Source of the DNA: Gemmatimonadota bacterium
Lineage (GTDB): Bacteria; Latescibacterota; UBA2968; UBA8231
Length of the DNA: 54,015 nt
Reading direction: 5' to 3'
NCBI GenBank assembly: GCA_038128265.1
Contig: JAYPJE010000021.1
Span: forward strand, 1 to 54,015
Shown in pieces: positions 28,109 through 36,600 of this stretch. Position 1 is the first letter of the stretch, and every line of letters begins with the position of its first letter. The position numbers and the translations under genes are program-made. The notes under the pieces were generated by a model. That model was not told the DNA's origin. It saw only the letters and a list, made by a program, of their open reading frames with translations, and did no database searches.

Positions 28109-28870
28109 TCAGAAGGGCAGGTCGTCAAAGCGCGTGAGGATGTCTGGCCCTGCCGCCGTGATTGCTACTGTGTGCTCAAACTGGGCCGACAGCTTGCCGT
28201 CTGCGGTGACGGCCGTCCAGTCATCATCGAGCAGGCGCGTTTCGGCTACGCCTTGGTTTATCATGGGTTCGATGGTAAATACCATACCCAACTGCAGCCG
28301 TCGGCCGGTGCCGGCGACCCCATAGTGCAGCAGCTGTGGCTCTTCGTGAAAGTCGCGGCCGATGCCGTGGCCGCAGTATTCGCGCACCACGGAAAAACCC
28401 TCTCCCTCGGCGTGCGATTGGATCGCATGGCCAATGTCGCCGAGTCGATGCTCGGCCGTGGCACATGCCAGGGCGCGCTCCAAACACTCGCGCGTCGTCG
28501 CGACGAGATGGCGTGCTTCGGCCGATGCGTTGCCGAGAACCATAGTGGCGTTCATATCGCCGTGAAAGCCGTCCTTTTTTACGGCGATGTCGACGGCCAA
28601 GATATCACCGTCGTTGAGCACGCGCTCGCCGGGAATGCCGTGCACAATTTCGTCGTTGACCGAAATGCAGGTGCTTTTGGGAAAGCCGCGATAGCCCAAT
28701 GCGCTGGCCTGGGCTCCTTGGGAGCGAATGTAGCGATCGGCTATAGCGTCTAGCTGATCGGTGGTAACGCCGACGCCTAGACCCTCCTGCACGCGCAGCA
28801 GCGCTTCGGCTGCGATGCGCCCGGCCGCGCGAATTTTCTCTATATCGCCATCGGATTTTAAGTGTAACAT
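28109..28870 (-). CDS. map: Methionine aminopeptidase type I
   Basis: CISVNDEIVHGIP, DIAV..DGFHGD, GHGIG..FHEEP, FTIEPMIN, SAQFEHT. Confidence 0.97.
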   Translation of the reverse strand: MLHLKSDGDIEKIRAAGRIAAEALLRVQEGLGVGVTTDQLDAIADRYIRSQGAQASALGYRGFPKSTCISVNDEIVHGIPGERVLNDGDILAVDIAVKKDGFHGDMNATMVLGNASAEARHLVATTRECLERALACATAEHRLGDIGHAIQSHAEGEGFSVVREYCGHGIGRDFHEEPQLLHYGVAGTGRRLQLGMVFTIEPMINQGVAETRLLDDDWTAVTADGKLSAQFEHTVAITAAGPDILTRFDDLPF

Positions 28871-28910
28871 AGGGGCAGAAGAACGCTAGTTGTTTTCTAA
28901 TCTGTCAAGG

Positions 28911-28919
28911 TGTTATACT
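28911..28919 (+). promoter_or_regulatory. Extended -10 element 10 nt before the GT2 start (near-leaderless mRNA)
   Basis: TG-T-TATACT; no SD sequence before ATG 28930. Confidence 0.45.
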
Positions 28920-28929
28920 AAGTGTCTCT

Positions 28930-29967
28930 ATGATGAACACCACGGGAAATCCACCGCGCGTGTCGGTGTTAATGCCGCTGTACAACGCGGCGGAAACGCT
29001 TGACGAAGCGCTGGATAGCACGCTGGCGCAGAGCTTTGAAGACATCGAAGTCGTAGCCGTCGACGACGGCTCGGAGGACGGGAGTGCGGAAGTCTTGCGC
29101 ACGTGGTCTCGGCGCGACGCGCGCGTGCGGCCGCTCTTTGCCGAGCACGCCGGTGTAGTCGCTGCGCCCAATAGGGGATTGCAGCACTGCCGCGGTGAAT
29201 TTATAGCGCGCATGGATGCCGACGATCGCATGCACCGTGACCGCCTGAAAAAGCAGGTTGAATTATTTGACGCTGATGCCGGCTTAAGCGTGGTGAGCTG
29301 CCTCGTCGAGACCTTTGCCGAGGAGGGGGTAGGCGAGGGGATGCGCATTTACGAGCAGTGGCTCAATGGGCTAGTTGAGCAGCGCGATATCGTTCGCGAA
29401 ATTTTTATCGAAAGCCCCATAGCCAATCCGACAGCCATGCTGCGCCGCGTCGAACTGCTGGAGATGAATGGCTATCAGGAGCGCGGATGGCCGGAAGATT
29501 ACGACCTATGGATGCGCTACTATTTGGCCGGCAAGCGCTTTGCCAAAGTACCAGAGGTGCTTTTTTACTGGCGCGAGCACGCCCATCGCGTAACGCACAC
29601 GGACAGCCGCTATTCGGTGGAAAATTTTTTGCGCACGAAAGCCCACTACCTGATCAAAGGGCCTCTGAGCCGGCGCGATGGTCTCATCGTATGGGGTGCG
29701 GGAAAAACGGGGCGTCGTTTGGCAAAGCACCTGCAGCGCGGCGGTGCGCAGCCCGACGCCTTTATCGATATAACGCCGAAGAAAATTGGCGGCACGCTGC
29801 GCGGTGCTCCGGTCGTGGGGCCCGATGACGCGATGGCCTGGTGGAAGCGCTTTGCCAATCCCGTGCTGCTGGCCGCCGTGGCATCGCGCGGCGCGCGCGA
29901 GTTGATACGCTCCCAGCTGAGAGCGTGGGGTTTGGAAGAAGGTGTGGACTATTGGTGCGTGGCCTGA
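28930..29967 (+). CDS. Glycosyltransferase family 2 with C-terminal Rossmann-like domain (B3GNTL1/QTGAL-like)
   Basis: VSVLMPLYN, VDDGSED, IARMDADD, PEDYDLW, then VWGAGKTGRRL...AFIDITPKKIG...GLEEGVDY. Confidence 0.85.
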   Translation: MMNTTGNPPRVSVLMPLYNAAETLDEALDSTLAQSFEDIEVVAVDDGSEDGSAEVLRTWSRRDARVRPLFAEHAGVVAAPNRGLQHCRGEFIARMDADDRMHRDRLKKQVELFDADAGLSVVSCLVETFAEEGVGEGMRIYEQWLNGLVEQRDIVREIFIESPIANPTAMLRRVELLEMNGYQERGWPEDYDLWMRYYLAGKRFAKVPEVLFYWREHAHRVTHTDSRYSVENFLRTKAHYLIKGPLSRRDGLIVWGAGKTGRRLAKHLQRGGAQPDAFIDITPKKIGGTLRGAPVVGPDDAMAWWKRFANPVLLAAVASRGARELIRSQLRAWGLEEGVDYWCVA

Positions 29968-30017
29968 GCGGTCTGTCCGCGTACCGTTGCAGAAGTATAA
30001 GTGGAGAAAGGAATACA

Positions 30018-30830
30018 ATGGCTCGAATAGAATACTGCCTCAATAGCTCGACGATCCGCCCGGCAAGTCTTATGGAAAAGATTCGCATCGCCGGTGCGGC
30101 GGGATTCAGTGCAATTGAATTGTGGAACGACGATTTGACGGCGCATCAGGACGGCGGCGGCGCGCTGGATGACGTGGTGCAGGCGCTGGCAGACCACGGG
30201 CTTGCCGCGCCGACCTGCATTGCCGTGCACGGCTGGCTCGGCTCAACGGGCACGGCGCACGCCGGTGCGTTGGAGGAGGCCAAACGGCGCATGGAGCAGG
30301 CCGCCGCCGTGGGAGCCGAGTACGTTATTGCCAGTCCGCCAATGGAGCCGTTCGATCTGAGTCGCGGCGGGGCCGACTACCGGGAGCTGCTGGAAATCGG
30401 CGCCGAAATCGGCGTCAAGCCGGCCATGGAATATCTCGGCTTCATGAAAAGCGTCTACACCATTGACCAGGCTTGGCAGATCGTCGAAGAGGCCGACCAT
30501 CCCGATTCGTCGCTGATTATGGATCCCTTTCACATTGTGCGCGGTGGCGGCCCCATAGAGAGCATCGCCAAGGTGCCGGGCGATAAAGTAGCCATCTGGC
30601 ACTGGAATGATGCGCCGGGCGACAAGCCTTTTGCCGAGCAGTCGGATGCCGATCGCGTGCTGCCGGGCGACGGCGTTGGCCCCCTGCGGGAAATCGAGCG
30701 CTTGGCGCTGGCACAGGGCTACGAGGGCTATGTGTCGCTGGAACTGTTCAACCCCGAACTGTGGACGCGCGATCCGCTGGAAGTAGCTAAAATCGGCATG
30801 GAGAAAATGCAGGCGTACTTTGTCGATTGA
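30018..30830 (+). CDS. Sugar phosphate isomerase/epimerase (xylose-isomerase-like TIM barrel)
   Basis: AGFSAIELW, AMEYLG, MDPFH, HWNDAP, DRVLPGDG, GYVSLELFN. Confidence 0.88.
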   Translation: MARIEYCLNSSTIRPASLMEKIRIAGAAGFSAIELWNDDLTAHQDGGGALDDVVQALADHGLAAPTCIAVHGWLGSTGTAHAGALEEAKRRMEQAAAVGAEYVIASPPMEPFDLSRGGADYRELLEIGAEIGVKPAMEYLGFMKSVYTIDQAWQIVEEADHPDSSLIMDPFHIVRGGGPIESIAKVPGDKVAIWHWNDAPGDKPFAEQSDADRVLPGDGVGPLREIERLALAQGYEGYVSLELFNPELWTRDPLEVAKIGMEKMQAYFVD

Positions 30831-31446
30831 GGCGATCTTGCACAGCGCCGTCGAGCGCTGGCTGGCAGCGGGAAGCCGCCGTCCATTTTACATAGGCATG
30901 GGCGGGGGGAGCGCTTCGGGCAAGAGCACGCTGGCCGCGCAGATGGCCGAGCGCCTAACTCCGCTGCGCGTGGAGGTCGTCGGCCAAGATCAATTTTTCA
31001 AAAAGCCCGACGATATGCCCCAATATTACTCGCAGATTGACGGTCAGCACCACCCGGCCTACAACGAGCCCGATTCTTTTAAACAGGCGGAGATGTTTGA
31101 GGCGTGCGGCGCGCTGCGGTCGGCCGACTGCGACGTGGTGATTTTGGAGGGCATTCTCGTGCTGTGGTTCGAGCCGCTGCGCGCGCTGATGGATCTCAAG
31201 CTCTATGTCGAAGCGGCCGCAGACGAGCGCATCGTACGCCGCATTCGCCGCAATATGAAGAAGCTGGAAGACTGCGAGTTTATCGCTAACTACTATCTGG
31301 AATCGGTGCGCTGGCAGCACGAGCAGTACAACGCGCCGACTCGCGCCCATGCAGACTGGGTGATTCCCGGCGGTATGGCCGACGCGCGCGAGCGCGAAGA
31401 GGCCGTTGCGGCGATTTGTCAGACAATTGCGCGGATCGGCGCGTAG
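30820..31446 (+). CDS. Uridine kinase-like P-loop kinase
   Basis: IGMGGGSASGKST Walker A, QDQFF, VILEGIL, ERIVRRIRR, PTRAHADWVIP; TTG start overlaps the upstream gene. Confidence 0.8.
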   Translation: MSIEAILHSAVERWLAAGSRRPFYIGMGGGSASGKSTLAAQMAERLTPLRVEVVGQDQFFKKPDDMPQYYSQIDGQHHPAYNEPDSFKQAEMFEACGALRSADCDVVILEGILVLWFEPLRALMDLKLYVEAAADERIVRRIRRNMKKLEDCEFIANYYLESVRWQHEQYNAPTRAHADWVIPGGMADAREREEAVAAICQTIARIGA

Positions 31447-31461
31447 TGCCGCCGCAGGTCG

Positions 31462-31638
31462 CTAACCTTTTCGCGCCCGCAGATAGGCGTCGTACTGCCG
31501 CTGATCGAGCTGTCCCTTGCCCCTGCACGTCTCGCAGCGAGGAAAGAGAAAGACGCTCTCGTCGGGGGCGTGCAGCGACTGTGCGCAGCCGGATCCCCTG
31601 CACTCGGGACAGCGGTGTAAAGGAGGTTTGTCCTGCAT
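31462..31638 (-). CDS. 58-aa zinc-finger micro-protein with two CxxCxGxG motifs (not in the ORF track)
   Basis: MQDKPPLHRCPECRGSGCAQSLHAPDESVFLFPRCETCRGKGQLDQRQYDAYLRARKG*; fills the intergenic gap; minus-strand TTGACA at 31709-31714. Confidence 0.75.
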   Translation of the reverse strand: MQDKPPLHRCPECRGSGCAQSLHAPDESVFLFPRCETCRGKGQLDQRQYDAYLRARKG

Positions 31639-31722
31639 GATAAGCTCTTTGCATTGGAATCGAGAGGGTGCGTCAGCGCGCCGTAAGATGGCTGCAGTGC
31701 ATGGCCCATGTCAAGAAAGTGC

Positions 31723-32250
31723 ATGAATGATCTACGGCGCATAGAGCTAGTGGAGGGCGATATAACGCGGCTGCCCGTCGATGCGATCGTCAACGCGGCC
31801 AATCGCACGCTGCTGGGCGGTGGCGGTGTAGATGGAGCGATTCACCGCGCCGCCGGTCCACAGCTGTTGGCCGAGTGCAAGACGCTGGGCGGCTGTGCGA
31901 CAGGGCAGGCCAAAATTACCGCCGGCTACAACCTGCCCGCGCGCTGGGTGATTCACACCGTGGGGCCGGTGTACAGCGGGGTTGAAAGCGACGCCGAACG
32001 GCTGCGCGATTGCCACGTCAATAGTTTACAGCGGGTCCTGGAATGCGGTGCGCGGAGCGTCGCCTTTCCGGCGATCAGCTGCGGCGTCTACGGCTATCCG
32101 GTCGTGGAAGCCGCCCCGATTGCCCTGCGCGCAGTTGCAGACGTTCTGTCCGAGAGCGCCGCTTTACAGCGCGTGGTTTTTGCGCTGTTTTCCGCAGATT
32201 ATCTGAGCGTATATCGGGAGGCCTTCGACGCGCTACAAGCGCATCGCTAA
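31723..32250 (+). CDS. Macrodomain O-acetyl-ADP-ribose deacetylase (YmdB-like)
   Basis: GDIT, DAIVNAAN..LLGGGGVDGAIHRAAG, VIHTVGPVY, AFPAISCGVYGYP. Confidence 0.93.
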   Translation: MNDLRRIELVEGDITRLPVDAIVNAANRTLLGGGGVDGAIHRAAGPQLLAECKTLGGCATGQAKITAGYNLPARWVIHTVGPVYSGVESDAERLRDCHVNSLQRVLECGARSVAFPAISCGVYGYPVVEAAPIALRAVADVLSESAALQRVVFALFSADYLSVYREAFDALQAHR

Positions 32251-32495
32251 GCGGGCGTGCGACCTCGCTGGCGACCTAGGCGAACGCCGAGCAGCTGGCC
32301 GGCGAAAAAGCAGGCGACGGAAAAGGGAATAAAGGTCCAATCGAGGTCGGCGACAAAGCGCAGCGCGACGACCAGGGGAACGGGCAGATGGATGGCGAGA
32401 AACCACTGCAGGGACAGCTTGCGCAAACCGGCGCGCCAGTAGCCAAAGGGCAGGTTGAGCGCGAAGACCAGCAGGCCGACCAGCAGCGCTGTCAA
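32247..32495 (-). CDS. Small membrane protein (82 aa)
   Basis: Three hydrophobic segments, NLPFGYWR and WFLAIHLPVP motifs; TTG start overlaps the DUF1854 stop. Confidence 0.75.
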   Translation of the reverse strand: MTALLVGLLVFALNLPFGYWRAGLRKLSLQWFLAIHLPVPLVVALRFVADLDWTFIPFSVACFFAGQLLGVRLGRQRGRTPA

Positions 32496-33007
32496 AGGCC
32501 CAGGATTTCGCGGATGCGCTGTGGCAGAGACGGCCAGTCTTCGATTAAATAGCGATTGCCGTCGACGTCTTCGACGATGGCGCGCTGGCCCGACAGCATG
32601 CGCACGTTTTGGCGGTAGCCGCGAATTTCCAGCGGTCGCGGTCCGCTGGTCGTCTCGATATGGCCGCGCAGCACACCAAACTCTTCGTCGAGGCTGTTAA
32701 AGGCGGTTATGCGCGGTTGGAAATAGATTTTATCTAACTCTTCCTGCAGGACGTGCCGGCTCTCCTCCTCCAATTGGGAAGGGTCTTCGAGCAGGCCTAG
32801 CTCCGTGCCGTCGTGCTGAAAAAATCCGATATAGCGGTTGCTCTCTTCTAGCGGAAAGGCGCGGCGAATATTGAGGTCGTGATATTCTTCGTCGCCGATG
32901 TGCAGAATGAGACTGCCGTGCGGCGAGCGGCTGCAGCGGAGCTGATCGGGGTCTAGCAGAAAATCGGCGTAGGAATAGCCCTTGGATACGCCCGTTTCTT
33001 CGCTCAT
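32492..33007 (-). CDS. DUF1854 domain protein
   Basis: RRAFPL...YIGF..DGTELG, LQEELDKIYFQPRI, ETTSGP, DVDGNRY; coupled to the ABC transporter gene. Confidence 0.85.
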   Translation of the reverse strand: MSEETGVSKGYSYADFLLDPDQLRCSRSPHGSLILHIGDEEYHDLNIRRAFPLEESNRYIGFFQHDGTELGLLEDPSQLEEESRHVLQEELDKIYFQPRITAFNSLDEEFGVLRGHIETTSGPRPLEIRGYRQNVRMLSGQRAIVEDVDGNRYLIEDWPSLPQRIREILGL

Positions 33008-35313
33008 TATATGGCCCTCACTCTCGCCATTTCCGTTTGCATATTGACCAGGTTGCGGTAGACCCCGTCGTCCCTAGAAAGCAGCTCTTCGTGTGTGCCC
33101 ACTTCTACGATGCGCCCGCGATCAAGCACCAACAGCCGGTCGGCATTCTTCAGGGTGGATAGACGGTGGGCGATGGCAAAGGTGGTGCGGCCGTCGACCA
33201 GGCGCTCCAGCGCTTCCTGAATCTCGTATTCCGTCTGTGTGTCGACCGAGGCCGTTGCCTCGTCTAGGATGAGAATGCGCGGGTTGCCGATGAGTGCGCG
33301 GGCTATGGAGATACGCTGGCGCTCGCCGCCGGACAGGCGACCGCCGCGCTCGCCGACCTGCGTGTCGTATCCGTCGGGAAAGTTCATGATAAATTTGTGT
33401 GCGTTGGCCGCCCGTGCCGATTCGACGATTTCTTCGCGCGTTGCCTGCGGGTATCCATAGGCGATGTTTTTGGCTATGGATCCCTGAAAGAGCAGGGGTT
33501 CCTGCAGCACGACGCCGATCTGCGCGCGCAGCTTCTGCTGCTGAATGGCGGTGATGGGATGGTGGTCTATATAGATCTGACCCTCGTTGGCGTCGTAGAA
33601 GCGCGAGATCAAGTTGACCAGTGTCGATTTACCCGAACCCGAGTGGCCGACGATGCCGATCATTTCTCCCGGTTGAATATCAAAGTTGATCCGGTCGAGG
33701 ATCCGGGCCGAACCGTCGTACGTAAAGGATACGTTGCGGAACTCGACGGAGCCGTTGAGCTGGCCGGGGTCGATGGCATCGGGGCCGTCCTCTACTTCGG
33801 CTTCTGTATCGAGAATCTCAAATACGCGCTCGGCCGTCGTGGCGGCGCTCTCCAACTGCTCGGTGAGCGTGCACAGGGCACGCACGGGCGAGTAGAACAT
33901 CATCATGTAGGATATGAAGGCCTGCAGTTCGCCGAGCGTCAGCGTGTTGGACAGCACGCGATGGCCGCCAAACCACCAGAGGATGATCGAGCCGACCGAG
34001 GTGGTAAAGGCGATGGCCGGTAAAAAGACGGCGCGCATTTTGATCGAGGCCATCTGCGATTCGCGCAGATCGGTGTTGCGCGTATCAAAGCGCTCCAATT
34101 CGCGGTGTTCCTGAGCGAAGGCCTTGACGACCTTGACGCCGGGAATGCTGTCGGCCAGCATGGCGTTTAGCGTCGATATGCGCCGCCAGATGCGGTGGTA
34201 GACCCAGTGAATACGCGTGCGGTAAAACAGCGTGCCAATGATCATGAATGGAATGGGAATCATCGCCAGCAGCGTCAGCTCCCAGTTCATCCACAGCATG
34301 AGCAGGAAAATGCCGACCAGCGTCAGCACGTTAATGACGATGTCCTGAAAGCCAGATGTGATAAAGGTGCGCATGCGTTCGGTGTCGCTGGTCACGCGCG
34401 TCATGATGCGTCCCGTGCTCAGGGTGTTATAGAAGTTCAGCGAGAGCAGCTGCAGGTGCTTGAACAGCTCGATTTGCAGATCGTACACGATGTGCTGCCC
34501 CAGCCAGCCCAGCGTGTGTGTGCGCGCGACATTGGTCAGCGCGCGCGCGATGTAGACGCCCAGCAGGCCCAAGACCACCCAGATCAACATGGACAGCGCG
34601 TGATCGGGCGGTTGCTGCGGGGCATCGGGCGTTAGCACCTGCTGCGGAATGCCGTCGACCGTCTGCATGTATGGGGCGATAGCCGGCAAGATCACTTCGT
34701 CGATGAGAATCAGGTTGAGCTGCGGCGGCAATAGGCCTATTATGGTCAGGGCAATGGTCAGGGCGAAGCCGACCAAGGCCTTGCTCTTATAGGGTTTGAT
34801 GTAGGAGAACAGCCGCCAGAAGGTCTCGCTCTTTTCCAAGCAGTTTGGGCATATCTTCGTGCCGGGGCGGAAGGCGCGACCGCAGGTGGGGCAATGCTCG
34901 ACCACGCTGACAGATGCCGGTTCTTCGGCCGCAGGCTGCGCTTCCTCTTCTTTGACTATACCGGCTGCTTCGACGGCTCGAGGAATGCTGGAGAACTTGA
35001 AGTAGGCGCTGGGCGAGAAGCGGACCAACTCGACCGTTTCGTCCGCTAGCTCGACCAAGAGCGCACCGCTGCCCACGTAGTTGCGCACCTGAATATGCTC
35101 GACTTGGGCAAGGGGGATATGCGAGATATCCACCCCGTCGTCGTTTGGTTGAAAGACGATCAGGCGCTCGTCCGTTAGGGCAAACCACGAATCGCCGTAC
35201 TGTCCGTCGGCGCGTATATCAGCGGCCAGCAGGATCATGAGCAATTCGCCGTGTTTGAGCTCGCCGCGTATGTGTGGGGCTAGCCTTTCCGGGATGGCTT
35301 CTACTAGGTCCAC
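33007..35313 (-). CDS. Fused ABC exporter (TMD+NBD) with N-terminal extra domain and CxxC-CxxC knuckle
   Basis: GHSGSGKST, LSGGERQR, ILDEAT, IAHRLST; N-terminal ADIRADGQYG domain and HCPTCG...ICPNC. Confidence 0.93.
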   Translation of the reverse strand: MDLVEAIPERLAPHIRGELKHGELLMILLAADIRADGQYGDSWFALTDERLIVFQPNDDGVDISHIPLAQVEHIQVRNYVGSGALLVELADETVELVRFSPSAYFKFSSIPRAVEAAGIVKEEEAQPAAEEPASVSVVEHCPTCGRAFRPGTKICPNCLEKSETFWRLFSYIKPYKSKALVGFALTIALTIIGLLPPQLNLILIDEVILPAIAPYMQTVDGIPQQVLTPDAPQQPPDHALSMLIWVVLGLLGVYIARALTNVARTHTLGWLGQHIVYDLQIELFKHLQLLSLNFYNTLSTGRIMTRVTSDTERMRTFITSGFQDIVINVLTLVGIFLLMLWMNWELTLLAMIPIPFMIIGTLFYRTRIHWVYHRIWRRISTLNAMLADSIPGVKVVKAFAQEHRELERFDTRNTDLRESQMASIKMRAVFLPAIAFTTSVGSIILWWFGGHRVLSNTLTLGELQAFISYMMMFYSPVRALCTLTEQLESAATTAERVFEILDTEAEVEDGPDAIDPGQLNGSVEFRNVSFTYDGSARILDRINFDIQPGEMIGIVGHSGSGKSTLVNLISRFYDANEGQIYIDHHPITAIQQQKLRAQIGVVLQEPLLFQGSIAKNIAYGYPQATREEIVESARAANAHKFIMNFPDGYDTQVGERGGRLSGGERQRISIARALIGNPRILILDEATASVDTQTEYEIQEALERLVDGRTTFAIAHRLSTLKNADRLLVLDRGRIVEVGTHEELLSRDDGVYRNLVNMQTEMARVRAI

Positions 35314-35498
35314 GGAATTCCTATCTTTTTGTTAATGCGTAGTTTACGAAGGATTGGATGCGACAAAAGGGTAATTTGAGGGATTGGACATGCCATAAAT
35401 AGCTGTTATATCTAAACTAATATCTTTTCCTATGAGGGCAATCGCTTTGCCGCTCGAGCGTTCAATTTATGTGAATTAAATGAATATAAGTCAAATTA

Positions 35499-35511
35499 TA
35501 TCAACGGTTTA
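35499..35511 (+). promoter_or_regulatory. IHF-consensus site in an AT-rich divergent promoter region
   Basis: TATCAA-CGGT-TTA equals WATCAANNNNTTR. Confidence 0.35.
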
Positions 35512-35526
35512 AGAAAAGAGTAGAAA

Positions 35527-36531
35527 TTGTCTACATATGCGCCCGAAATGCTGCGTGCTCGCCTGGCGCTGCTGCCGCGTCTACACCTGGCTTCGCTGCC
35601 TACCCCCTTACAAAAACTGGGTCGTTTGAGCGAAACCGTGGGTGGCCCCGACATCTATGTGAAGAGAGAGGATCTCACGGGGATGGCGATGGGCGGCAAT
35701 AAAATCCGCGAGTTTGAATATCAGATTGCCCAGGCGGTCGAACGGGGTTGTGACGTGCTGGTGCACTCGGCTGGTGCGCAGTCTAACCAGTCTAGAGTGA
35801 CGGCGGCTGTGGCGGCCAAGTTGGGGATTAAGGCCGTTGTGGTGGGCCGTCGCGATGCGCACGCGCAGCGCCAGGGCAACTTGCTGCTGACTCACTTATT
35901 TGGCGCGGAGGTGCACCTGCCGGAAGTGGGTGCGCAAGGCGCTGCGGTGGCAGAAAAAATGGAGGCCCTGCGCGCGGCTGGACACCGGCCGTTTCACACC
36001 AGCACGGACGCGCGCGCCTACCGCGCCATCGCCTACGTCGAGGGTGGATTGGAACTCGCGGATCAGATCCAAGCGCAGGGACTGAGCCCCGATGCGCTCT
36101 ACCTGTGCTCGGGTGCCTATACGCATGTGGGGTTGGCCGTCGCCTTCAAGGCGCTGGGCATGGCCGTGCGCATCGTCGGCATCAGCCCGTCGCCGCGTGA
36201 CGACGACCAGGCTGCGCACGCGCACGCTGAATTGGCCCGCGAGTGTGCGCAGATCATGGAGCTGGAACTGGACTTTACGACCGACGACTTTGAGAGCTAT
36301 GCCGAATTCGTCGGTCCGGATTACGGCGTGCTGACCGACGCCAGCCGAGACGCCATTCAGCGCGTGGCGCGCACGGAGGGCCTGTTGCTCGATCCATCGT
36401 ATACCGGCAAGGCGATGGCCGGTTTGCTGACCCACGTGCAGGCGGGCTGGTGGCATCGCGGGCAGACCCTTATTTTCGTCCACACGGGCGGAACGCCCGC
36501 GCTCTTTGCCTATGCCGACGAGCTGCTGTAG
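35527..36531 (+). CDS. PLP-dependent D-cysteine desulfhydrase/ACC deaminase family enzyme (DcyD-like)
   Basis: PTPL, KREDLTG...GGNK, QSN, GNLLL, EGLLLDPSYTGKA, HTGG. Confidence 0.85.
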   Translation: MSTYAPEMLRARLALLPRLHLASLPTPLQKLGRLSETVGGPDIYVKREDLTGMAMGGNKIREFEYQIAQAVERGCDVLVHSAGAQSNQSRVTAAVAAKLGIKAVVVGRRDAHAQRQGNLLLTHLFGAEVHLPEVGAQGAAVAEKMEALRAAGHRPFHTSTDARAYRAIAYVEGGLELADQIQAQGLSPDALYLCSGAYTHVGLAVAFKALGMAVRIVGISPSPRDDDQAAHAHAELARECAQIMELELDFTTDDFESYAEFVGPDYGVLTDASRDAIQRVARTEGLLLDPSYTGKAMAGLLTHVQAGWWHRGQTLIFVHTGGTPALFAYADELL

Positions 36532-36600
36532 GGCGCTATATGCATCGGCAACGCATCCCTCCCTATGTCGCGTATGAGACCAGGTTGCAGTGAGTAGAAT

